Of a stretch of 64,000 nucleotides of DNA, positions 8,458 through 16,509 are shown in pieces. The stretch lies in assembly GCA_021324155.1 (NCBI GenBank), contig JAJPJQ010000038.1, positions 83,904 through 147,903 of the forward strand, in the 5' to 3' direction. Every line of letters begins with the position of its first letter. The stretch's first letter is position 1. A program made the translations under genes and the position numbers. Under the pieces are notes generated by a model. It was not told the origin of the DNA. It worked only from the letters and a program-made list of their open reading frames with translations, and did not search any database. Source of the DNA: Pseudomonadota bacterium. Its GTDB lineage: Bacteria > Desulfobacterota > Binatia > UBA9968.

Positions 8458-10000
8458 ACTACTTCCAGCCCTACTCTCTTCCGGCCGATCAGGCGGTCCT
8501 CGCCGCGTGGGATTCGCAGCTCGCCGAGTTAGCGGACTGCCCTGCTTTCGTCAATGCCCTCGCGAAGCAGCGCGAGTTGTTCCCGCGCTTCGCGGCGCAC
8601 CACGCGCGCCTGCGGGTGCTGCAGCGCGGCACGCGCAGAGCGCTGCAAAGAAAGCTCGGCGAGCGCATGAGCTGATTTCAATTCAACCTGAATCGCAGAG
8701 AAAGCTCGCCGGCTCACTCGCCGGCGCGGCGCTGCTCCTCGCGCTCGCGCAAAGCGCGAGCGCGGCGACAATCAACGTAACGACAAACATCCCCGACATC
8801 AACGACGGCGACGGCAAGTGCTCGCTGATCGAGGCGATCGTTAATGCGAACGACGACGCAGCGACGCATCCCGACTGCGTCACGGGAGACGGGGCGGACA
8901 CGATCGTGCTGCCGAAGAAAGCTAAATTCAATTTTTTCGTAGCAACGATAAAGACACCGATTACAATTCAGGGCAACGACAGTACCTTCGTTCGAACAAC
9001 ATTGACGGTAAACGCTTCGGGAGATTTCAACGTAGATGGGATCAGCGTACTAGGTGGCAAGCGTTGCTTTATAAACGTTGGCGTCCTGACGATCGAGAAC
9101 AGCAAAATTTCAGGCTGTGCATTTGCCAGCGCAGGTGCAGTTTTCAACGGAGGGACTGCCACTATTTCCAACAGTGTTATTTCAGGAAACAAAGCGTATG
9201 GGAATGGCGAATATTCCTGGACAGGAACCGGCGGAGCAGCAATAAATAGCGGCACAATGACGATCCTGAACAGCGAGATATCCGACAACGCGGCGTACGG
9301 GAATGATTTTGGCAGCGCCATTGGCGGCGGCATCGATAATCAGGCTGGTACTCTTATCATTCAAAATAGCACCATAGCTAGGAATCTGGCTATTTCCCAT
9401 TCTCATGATGCTATTGGCGGTGGCATAAGCAATTCGGGCCGTTCATATTTGAGTGTTCGAAACAGCACAATTTCAGGCAACGAAGTGTCCAGAGGGAAGA
9501 GCCGCGGCGGAGGTGTTAACAATTGGGGATATCTTCACGTAGAAAATAGCACGATTACTGGGAATTCAGCCTCTACAGGAGGCGGCGTCGTCAGTTTCAG
9601 TTACGGCCGACCGAACCTCGTCTACCTACGCGAGAATGTTTTCGCTAACAACGAAGCTATCGTTGGTCGGGAAATTTCTACAGATGCCGTAATACAATAC
9701 GATGTTCTGAATTTATTGGGTATTAACGGTGATTCAGGTGTCTACGGCTTCACGCCTGGACCAACCGACATAGTGCCAAACGTTGCGGTTAAGAAAATCC
9801 TTGCTTCCCTAAAAAATAACGGCGGCTCTACCCTCACCCACGCTCTCGTCAAGGGCAGCCCCGCCATCGATGCCGCTCCCGTCGATGCGAATTGTCCGGC
9901 AACCGATCAGCGCGGCGTGGCGCGGCCGCAGGGAGGCGGCTGCGACATCGGCGCGGTGGAGTACACGGGCAAAACCTCGAAGAAGAACAAGAATAATTAG
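8454..10000 (+). pseudogene. Third beta-helix/CSLREA paralog, disrupted by a frameshift between the N-terminal domain and the hydrophobic segment
   Basis: The ATG at 8454 overlaps the paralog-2 stop (ATGA). A 73-codon ORF (8454-8675) encodes an N-domain near-identical to paralog 1. The rest of the protein (ELISIQPESQRKLAGSLAGA...CDIGAVEYTG) continues in another frame, ORF 8507-10000. The region is 1 nt shorter than the paralog-1 counterpart between AAAGAAAGCTCG and ATTTCAATTCAACC. Confidence 0.6.
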
Positions 10001-10049
10001 GCGTCTTGACTGGCTTGGTTTAGCTGCGGATTTCTCGTAAAATCGAGGC

Positions 10050-10703
10050 GTGAAGCTACCTCTCTCTCTTATCCTTGCGGCATCCATCCTCTCACTGTTT
10101 GCCGCACCGCATGTTTTCGCCGAGCCGCGCTACACGGAAAAGCAGATCGAGATGTTCTCGTCGTACGTCGGTAAGACGTATTGGGTGACGGACGAGAAGA
10201 GCCAGCAGCCGACGTTCTACTCGGCGCCCAAGACCAACGCGCCGACGTTTCAACCGGCGGCCAAAGAGGGCTTCGAGATCAAAGAAGTCGTCGAGAAGAC
10301 GAGCGACAATCCGTTTTACCGCGTCGCCTTCACGTCCGGCAAGGAAGGTTTCATCCCGGTCACCGCCTTCATGGAGCGGCTCAACGGCGCGTTTACCGCG
10401 CTCGATCCCGAGCGCGACGCCAAGGCGAAGAGCGCGAAAGTGACCGCCGACGAGCAGAAGCGGCGCGACTATATCCGCCAGCAGAAGTGGCCCCAGCACG
10501 TCAAGGAAGCCGCGCTCAGGAAAGAGCCCGTCATCGGCATGAGCAAACAGGAGGCGACCGCGGTGCTGGGCAAGCCCAAAAACATCGTGCGGCTCAAAAG
10601 CGGCAACGCCGGCAGCGAGCTGATGGGGCGGCAGGAACAGTGGCTCTACGACAACGGCCAGACACTCACGTTCAACAACGGGATACTCGTCAGGATCCAG
10701 TAA
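10050..10703 (+). CDS. Hypothetical secreted protein (signal peptide; C-terminal small beta-domain possibly BamE/SmpA-OmlA-like)
   Basis: 217 aa. GTG start 4 nt after GAGG. Signal peptide MKLPLSLILAASILSLFAAPHVFA-E. No confident family assignment. Confidence 0.55.
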   Translation: MKLPLSLILAASILSLFAAPHVFAEPRYTEKQIEMFSSYVGKTYWVTDEKSQQPTFYSAPKTNAPTFQPAAKEGFEIKEVVEKTSDNPFYRVAFTSGKEGFIPVTAFMERLNGAFTALDPERDAKAKSAKVTADEQKRRDYIRQQKWPQHVKEAALRKEPVIGMSKQEATAVLGKPKNIVRLKSGNAGSELMGRQEQWLYDNGQTLTFNNGILVRIQ

Positions 10704-10714
10704 AGTTTCGGTTT

Positions 10715-10854
10715 CGAGTTTCGGGTTTCTAGATAATTCGGAAAGATCCTTCACTTCGTTCAAGGATGACGCCGGCTTGCTGTCATTCCGAGCGCAGCGA
10801 AGAATCTCTCTGAGCCGGACGTCTCGGAGCTTTTAACTCAAAACCAGAAACTCG
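10715..10854. repeat. Small inverted-repeat (MITE/REP-like) intergenic element with 14-bp terminal inverted repeats
   Basis: CGAGTTTCGGGTTT (10715-10728) and its near-perfect reverse complement AAACCAGAAACTCG (10841-10854) flank ~110 bp containing an internal hairpin (ATCCTT...AAGGAT). A related GTTTCAGG...CCTGAAAC element occurs at 30187-30250. Confidence 0.35.
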
Positions 10855-10866
10855 TAACTATTTTAT

Positions 10867-12390
10867 TTATCCGTGCCCGATCGCGGGCTCGATGGTCGGC
10901 GGCTGACCGCGCAGGCGTCGCCACCACGGCGTGATGATCGGCATGACGAAGAAGAAGATCGCGGCGAAGGTGATCGCGGCGGAGATCGGGCGCGAGAAGA
11001 AAATCCCCAGAGACCCCTGCGACATGATGAGGCTCTGACGGAGCGCGTTCTCGGCCAGGTCGCCGAGCACGAGCGCGAGCACGAGCGGCGCGAGCGGGTA
11101 ATCGAGCTTCTTGAACACGTAGCCGATCACGCCGAAGATCAGCATGTACCAGATGTCGATCATGCTGTTGTGCACGGCGTAGCTGCCGATCGCGCAGACG
11201 ACGACGATGAGCGGCGTCAAGACCGCGAACGGGATGCGCAGGATCGCCGCGAAGAACGGCACGAACGCGAGCACCATCAGGACGCCGATGATGTTGCCGG
11301 TGTACATGCTCGCGATCAGCCCCCAGACGAAGTCCGGCTTTTCCTTGAACAGCAGCGGGCCGGGCTGAAGCCCCCAGATGATCAGGCCGCCAAGCATGAC
11401 CGCCGCGGTCGGCGAGCCGGGTATGCCGAGCGTGATCATCGGCAGCATCGCCGCGATACCGGCGGAGTGCGCCGCAGTCTCCGGCGCGACCACGCCCTCC
11501 AGCTCGCCCTTGCCGAACTTCTCCGCATTCTTCGAGAAACGCTTCGCGAAGGCGTAGCTCATGAACGAGGCGGGCGTCGCGCCGCCGGGCTTGAAACCCA
11601 TCCAGAAGCCGATGAAGGCGCTGCGTACGAACGTGCGCCAGTAGCGCGGTAGGAGCTTCCAGGTATCGAGGACGACTTTCGGATTGATCTTCGTCTTGAC
11701 GCCCTGGAAGCTGAGGCCCTCCTCGACGCTCAGGAGAATCTCGCCGATGCCGAAGAGCCCGATGACCGCGACGATGAAATCGAAGCCCTTCATCAGGTCC
11801 GTGAAGCCGAAGGTGAGGCGGAGCTGCCCGGTGACGATGTCGAGGCCGACCGCCGCCAGGATGAAGCCGAGGACGATCGAGACGAGCGACTTGAGCGGAT
11901 TGCCGCCGCCCAGGCCGACGAAGCTCGAGAACGTGAGCAATTGGATCGCGAAGAACTCCGGCGGGCCGAAGCGCAGCGCGATCTCGGCCAGCAGCGGAGC
12001 GAACAGCGTAATGAGCACGATCGCGAAGAAGGCGCCGATGAAGGACGAAGTGAACGCGCCCGTGAGCGCCGGCCCGCCCTGCCCTTGCCGCGCCATCGGG
12101 TAGCCGTCAAACGTGGTCGCGACCGACCACGGCTCGCCGGGGATATTGAACAGGATCGAGGTGATCGCGCCCCCGAAGAGCGCGCCCCAATAAATCGAGG
12201 TCAACAGAATGATCGCCGACGTCGGCGGCATGGTAAACGTGACGGGCAGGAGGATCGCCACGCCGTTAGCGCCGCCGAGGCCGGGCAGCACGCCGATGAT
12301 GGTGCCGAGCGTGATGCCGACGACCGCGACGAACAGATTGAACGGCGTGATCGCGATGTGAAAACCCATCCAGAGGTTTTCAATGCCCAT
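10867..12390 (-). CDS. tctA: Tripartite tricarboxylate transporter large permease TctA
   Basis: 507 aa, polytopic, TctA family. Operon with tctB/tctC. Confidence 0.9.
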   Translation of the reverse strand: MGIENLWMGFHIAITPFNLFVAVVGITLGTIIGVLPGLGGANGVAILLPVTFTMPPTSAIILLTSIYWGALFGGAITSILFNIPGEPWSVATTFDGYPMARQGQGGPALTGAFTSSFIGAFFAIVLITLFAPLLAEIALRFGPPEFFAIQLLTFSSFVGLGGGNPLKSLVSIVLGFILAAVGLDIVTGQLRLTFGFTDLMKGFDFIVAVIGLFGIGEILLSVEEGLSFQGVKTKINPKVVLDTWKLLPRYWRTFVRSAFIGFWMGFKPGGATPASFMSYAFAKRFSKNAEKFGKGELEGVVAPETAAHSAGIAAMLPMITLGIPGSPTAAVMLGGLIIWGLQPGPLLFKEKPDFVWGLIASMYTGNIIGVLMVLAFVPFFAAILRIPFAVLTPLIVVVCAIGSYAVHNSMIDIWYMLIFGVIGYVFKKLDYPLAPLVLALVLGDLAENALRQSLIMSQGSLGIFFSRPISAAITFAAIFFFVMPIITPWWRRLRGQPPTIEPAIGHG

Positions 12391-12393
12391 GGT

Positions 12394-12855
12394 TCAATAC
12401 CCCAGCCATGCTTCGAGCGGTCCCTTGGGCATCGGCACGAGGAACCAGAGCTCGAAGACGAAAAATGCGCCCAGCGGAATGGCTAGCGAGATGAGAAGCA
12501 CCGTGAGCCAGGAGTGGCGGCCGACCCAGCGCATGTAGAATGCCAAGTAGATCGCCGAGGCGACGTAGAGGCCGATGAAGTGCATGAGCGCGACGGCGAC
12601 CGCCGCGGGCCAGAGGACTTTGAGGACGGGGCCGAGCCGCTCGCGGGTGACGAACGGCGTGGTATCGGCCTTGCGCACGGCCTGGATCATGATGACGGCG
12701 CAGCTGCCGATCATGATGATCGCGAGCCAGGCGGGGAAAAAACCGCTCTGGGGCCCGTCAGCGCCCCAGCCGAAGCCGAGCCGGACTGCGTCGTAGAAGA
12801 CAAGGCAGCCCAGCGACATGAGGACCGAAGCAGTAACGATATCGGCGGTGCGCAT
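12394..12855 (-). CDS. tctB: Tripartite tricarboxylate transporter small membrane subunit TctB
   Basis: 153 aa with 4 TM segments, located between tctC and tctA. Confidence 0.8.
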   Translation of the reverse strand: MRTADIVTASVLMSLGCLVFYDAVRLGFGWGADGPQSGFFPAWLAIIMIGSCAVIMIQAVRKADTTPFVTRERLGPVLKVLWPAAVAVALMHFIGLYVASAIYLAFYMRWVGRHSWLTVLLISLAIPLGAFFVFELWFLVPMPKGPLEAWLGY

Positions 12856-12859
12856 CCAG

Positions 12860-13843
12860 CTATTTCTTGATGAGCCCGCCTTTGGTCATCAGGTCCTTAT
12901 GGAGCTGCTCGTTGTCAGTCACCCATTTCACGTATTCCTGCCCCGAGGCAAACGCAGGCTTGAGCGCATTGTCCGTGAGGTACTTCTGGAAGTCCTGCGT
13001 GTCGTATAACTTCTTAAAGAAGCCGACATACCATTCGACCGCGTCCTTCGGCATATCGGGAGCGCCGAAGATGCCGCGCAGCATCAGGTAGTGGATGTCC
13101 GAACCCAGCGCTTCTTTGATCGTCGGAATCGTCTTCCATTCGGCAAGCGGGATGCGCTCGGTGTCGAAGACGCCGAGCGGCCGCACCTTGCCGGCTTTCC
13201 AGTGGCTGACGCACTCCGAGGGATTGTTCACCGTCGAATCGATGTGGGCGCCGACGAGATTGACGCAGACCTCGCCGCCGCCCTTGAACGGCACGTAGGT
13301 GAATTTGCCGCCGGTCGCCTGCTCGATCTGCACGGTGATGATCTGGTCCTCCTGCGCCGAGCCGGTGCCGCCCATCTTCATCCGGTTCGCGCCGCCGGAG
13401 CGCTCTTTGACCGCCGCGATGTATTCCTTGGCGGTCTTATACGGCGTATCGGCGTTGACCCAGAGGATGAACTGATCGAGCGCGAGACGCGAGAGCGGCG
13501 TGAAATCTTTCCAATTGAATGGCACGCCGGTGGCGAGCGGCGTCGTGAAAAGGTTCGAGAGCGTTATGATGATGGTGTGCGCGTCGCCCTTCTTCCCCTT
13601 CACCTCGAGGAAGCCTTCGGCGCCGGCGCCGCCGGATTTGTTGACGGGGATCAGAGGCCGCGGCGAGAGCTTGTGCTTTTCAGAAATCCCCTGGATGACG
13701 CGCGCCATCTGGTCGGCGCCGCCGCCGGTACCGGCGGGGATTACGAACTCGATCGGCTTTGTCGGCTCCCAGGCATGGGCCGGATGCCAGAATCCAGAGG
13801 CAGCCAGTAGAACGCCCACGACTAGGGGGGTCGTCTTACGCAT
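12860..13843 (-). CDS. tctC: Tripartite tricarboxylate transporter periplasmic substrate-binding protein TctC (Bug family)
   Basis: Start chosen at the internal ATG (MRKTTPLVVGVLLAASG... signal peptide) preceded by RBS GGAGGGA. Bug/TctC family. Confidence 0.85.
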   Translation of the reverse strand: MRKTTPLVVGVLLAASGFWHPAHAWEPTKPIEFVIPAGTGGGADQMARVIQGISEKHKLSPRPLIPVNKSGGAGAEGFLEVKGKKGDAHTIIITLSNLFTTPLATGVPFNWKDFTPLSRLALDQFILWVNADTPYKTAKEYIAAVKERSGGANRMKMGGTGSAQEDQIITVQIEQATGGKFTYVPFKGGGEVCVNLVGAHIDSTVNNPSECVSHWKAGKVRPLGVFDTERIPLAEWKTIPTIKEALGSDIHYLMLRGIFGAPDMPKDAVEWYVGFFKKLYDTQDFQKYLTDNALKPAFASGQEYVKWVTDNEQLHKDLMTKGGLIKK

Positions 13844-13989
13844 AGGGCTTCCCTCCTTCTCTCTGGCCCCGCTTCTAGTCCTCCCGCGGGGTAATGTCAA
13901 TCGCGGTCGAATAGCCCTTCACGGGCGCGCAAAATGAAATCGCCGCCGGCAGCTGGCGAAGCATCTCGAAGGGTTTTGCGCTTAAAGCG

Positions 13990-14613
13990 CTAGCCGACGG
14001 GCTTCATGTCGACGACGCGCCAGAGATACCAGCACGCGAGCGTTCGATACGGATGCCAAAGCTTCGCCATGCGGACGATCGTGCGCGGCCGCGGCAGCGT
14101 CTTCATTCCGTATGCGATCGCGAATCCCTTGCGCACGCCGTAGTCGCCGAGCGGCAGCACGTTCAATCTGCCGAGATCGAAGATGAGGAACATCTCGGCG
14201 CTCCACCTGCCGATGCCTTTCACCGCGGTGAGCGTCGCGATGATTTCCTCGTCCGGCATTTGCTGCATGACCGCCTTGGGCGGAATCGCGCCGCTCGCGA
14301 CCGCGCGCGCGACCTCCCGGATGTAGCTCGCTTTCGCGAGAGAAAATCCGGCGCGGCGCAGAACATCGATATCCGCCTGCAAGACCGCCTCGGGAGCGAG
14401 AGCGCCCGATGCGCCGAGAGTCTCGTCGAGTCGCCGGAGAATCGTGTTGGCGGCCTTGCCGGTCAACTGCTGATGCGCGATCGCGCGCACGAGGGATTCG
14501 AAAACGGTCCCCGTGCGCAGCGCGAGTCTGCATGGGCCGATCCGCGCGATCACATCCGCGAGCGTGCGGTCGGATTTGACGATATGCGCGATGCCTTCCC
14601 GGTAGTCGCTCAT
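13990..14613 (-). CDS. HhH-GPD family DNA glycosylase (DNA-3-methyladenine glycosylase II, AlkA-like)
   Basis: Contains the LTAVKGIGRWSAEMFLIF HhH-GPD motif. Start taken at the internal ATG MSDYREG; the ORF extends to 14667. Confidence 0.75.
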   Translation of the reverse strand: MSDYREGIAHIVKSDRTLADVIARIGPCRLALRTGTVFESLVRAIAHQQLTGKAANTILRRLDETLGASGALAPEAVLQADIDVLRRAGFSLAKASYIREVARAVASGAIPPKAVMQQMPDEEIIATLTAVKGIGRWSAEMFLIFDLGRLNVLPLGDYGVRKGFAIAYGMKTLPRPRTIVRMAKLWHPYRTLACWYLWRVVDMKPVG

Positions 14614-14711
14614 CGGCTGCACATAAATCGCAAAAAATGCGTATAGCGGACGGCTTTGAAAAGTCAACGTGCCGTGATAACCAATCGGCCAAAGCTATTG
14701 GAGGTGGTGTC

Positions 14712-15389
14712 ATGCCGGCCGGACGGTCTGTGCGTCTGAGGTCTTGGTCTTTTCTGTGCCTAGTCATTGTGTGCGCGCTCGGCTGCGGCCCCGAAGCCGT
14801 GGCCCCGCCGGCGGTGCCGAAGCCGCCCGAGAAGCCGACCGCGGAAAAGCCGCTAACGAGAGCCGAACGCCCCCAGTGGAGAGTCGGCTACCAGTGGCAA
14901 TATGCCTGGACCGATCCCTCGGGCAAAGGAACGGTGGTGAAGGAAATCGTGCGCGAGGAGTCTTTCGACGGTATTCCCGGCTACGTCGTGAGGCGTGGCG
15001 CGAGCGAAGACTTTTACACGAAAGATACCCTCGGGCTGCTCGCGACGATGTCCGGCGCGCGCATCACCGTCAGGCGCAGCGCGCCGTTCCAGGCGCTGTC
15101 GTGGCCGATGGAAGTCGGAAAAGAATGGACGAATTCCTACGTCGTGCAGCGGGAGGGCGAAAAAGCCTCGGAGACGCAGGTGAGCCGCGTCGTCGTGAGC
15201 AAAATCGAGCGCGTCAGCGTTCCGGCCGGCAGCTTCGACGCGTTCAAGACCCAGATCTATAACACCCGCACCGCGATGCTGTTGAACGAATACTGGTACG
15301 CGCCGGCGGTCAAATGGTTCGTCAAGTCCCGCGTTTACAATCCGGAAGGCGTGCGCGAGGAGGAGCTGTCGAGCTTCAAGCTCGACTAG
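14712..15389 (+). CDS. Lipoprotein with uncharacterised ~170-aa domain (WxVGYQW...WYAPAVKWFVKS...FKLD), paralogous to the C-terminus of the 20176-21558 product
   Basis: RBS GGAGGTGG. Lipobox VIVCALGCG. Domain shared with the gene at 20176. Confidence 0.6.
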   Translation: MPAGRSVRLRSWSFLCLVIVCALGCGPEAVAPPAVPKPPEKPTAEKPLTRAERPQWRVGYQWQYAWTDPSGKGTVVKEIVREESFDGIPGYVVRRGASEDFYTKDTLGLLATMSGARITVRRSAPFQALSWPMEVGKEWTNSYVVQREGEKASETQVSRVVVSKIERVSVPAGSFDAFKTQIYNTRTAMLLNEYWYAPAVKWFVKSRVYNPEGVREEELSSFKLD

Positions 15390-15397
15390 AGGCCGGC

Positions 15398-15892
15398 ATG
15401 AGCGTCTTGCGAAGAAGATCGGATCTCGAGGACCTGTTAACGCCCCGGCGCAGTCACCGCGGCGTGAAAATCGCCGCCGTGTGCCTGGGGCTTTTGATCG
15501 CGCTGATGTGGTACTTTCATTCGCCGCGCGCGCCCGAGGCGCCGAGCCCGGCGCCGGTCGCTGAGCCCTCGGCAGCGCCGCCGAAGCCGGCGCCGCCGCC
15601 GCCAACCGCGCCGCCGGCTTCGACGCCAGAACCGGTTCGAGAACCCGCTCCCGAGCCGCCGCCGGCGCCGGCCGCGAAAATCATACCCGAGGCGGTCAAA
15701 CCGCCGCCGGCGAAGACGGCTTCGGAACCGCTGCAAAAAAAATCGCCGCCGGCGTCAACCGAGACGCGCCAGAAAGCGCCGCCGCCGAAGTCCGTGCCCA
15801 AGCCTGCGCCGGCAAAAACACCCGCGGCGCCGGCGGCGGAATCCCCGCCGCCGGTGCGCGAATCGGACCGACCCGACAGCGATGCGGGTTGA
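15398..15892 (+). CDS. Membrane-anchored proline/alanine-rich low-complexity protein
   Basis: Internal ATG MSVLRRRSD. One TM (IAAVCLGLLIALMWYF) then ~130 aa of PAPxPP-type low complexity. No C-terminal globular domain. Confidence 0.45.
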   Translation: MSVLRRRSDLEDLLTPRRSHRGVKIAAVCLGLLIALMWYFHSPRAPEAPSPAPVAEPSAAPPKPAPPPPTAPPASTPEPVREPAPEPPPAPAAKIIPEAVKPPPAKTASEPLQKKSPPASTETRQKAPPPKSVPKPAPAKTPAAPAAESPPPVRESDRPDSDAG

Positions 15893-15898
15893 CGCTGG

Positions 15899-16435
15899 TT
15901 ACGGATGGACGATGAGATCCGGACCGGCGAGAAAAGCGAAAATGGAAAAAATTGCGATTCTAACCAACCAGCCGATGAGGCAGACGCCGACGGCCCGCCC
16001 GGTGCTCGTGTAGTCGAGCGCCTGGCGCACGGCGACGACCATCGCGACGAGCATCCAGATCGACGCGACGGTAAAGACAACCACCATCAGTCCGGGAATG
16101 ATGCCCAGAAGGAGCAGCACGCCCGGCGAGCTGGAGAAGCCCGTCGTGCGCAGCAGCTCGCCGACGTTGGCGCGCGTCTGCGGCTCGGGCAGAAGCTTCG
16201 TGCCGATGAAGTACGTGAGATAGGCCCAGATATACCAGGCGATCAGCGCACCGACCGCCCCGAGCACCAGCCCGAGAATACCGCCCTCGCCTGCGCTGCC
16301 GATGCCGGCGCAGACGCTGGAGACGACGACCACGGCCATCGCCTGGCCGAGCGCGGCCTCGTCGGCCTCGACCTCCTCGTAAAGCGTCGCATCCAGCTTG
16401 GCCGCGCGCACCGCGCGATCGACAAGTCCGTCCAT
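15899..16435 (-). CDS. Yip1-domain family integral membrane protein
   Basis: 178 aa. N-terminal acidic region then 5 TM segments, Yip1/DUF1282-like topology. Confidence 0.65.
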   Translation of the reverse strand: MDGLVDRAVRAAKLDATLYEEVEADEAALGQAMAVVVVSSVCAGIGSAGEGGILGLVLGAVGALIAWYIWAYLTYFIGTKLLPEPQTRANVGELLRTTGFSSSPGVLLLLGIIPGLMVVVFTVASIWMLVAMVVAVRQALDYTSTGRAVGVCLIGWLVRIAIFSIFAFLAGPDLIVHP

Positions 16436-16509
16436 GCCGCGGTCTATATTGCGCTACGGCGCGCGATGTCAAGCGCGTGACGACGCGCGCAACCGCCAGC
16501 TCTGAACGA

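Noticed and set aside
8507-8660. Met-initiated N-terminal 50 aa of ORF 8507-10000 (MGFAARRVSGLPCFRQC...)
   Set aside because: This part is an out-of-frame reading of the N-domain coding region; the same artefact ORF appears at 4601-4951 over paralog 1. Only the portion downstream of the frameshift belongs to the real protein.
5200-9700. Possible CRISPR-like or other spaced direct repeats
   Set aside because: The periodicity comes from imperfect coding repeats (NSTISGN beta-helix rungs) and, at 21976-22234, TSP3 repeats. There are no short identical direct repeats with unique spacers, and no cas genes.
10006-10043. Sigma70-like promoter (TTGGTT-17-TAAAAT) upstream of the 10050 gene
   Set aside because: The predicted transcription start would fall at or after the GTG start codon and exclude the GAGG RBS. 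The signals are mutually inconsistent, so not reported as a feature.
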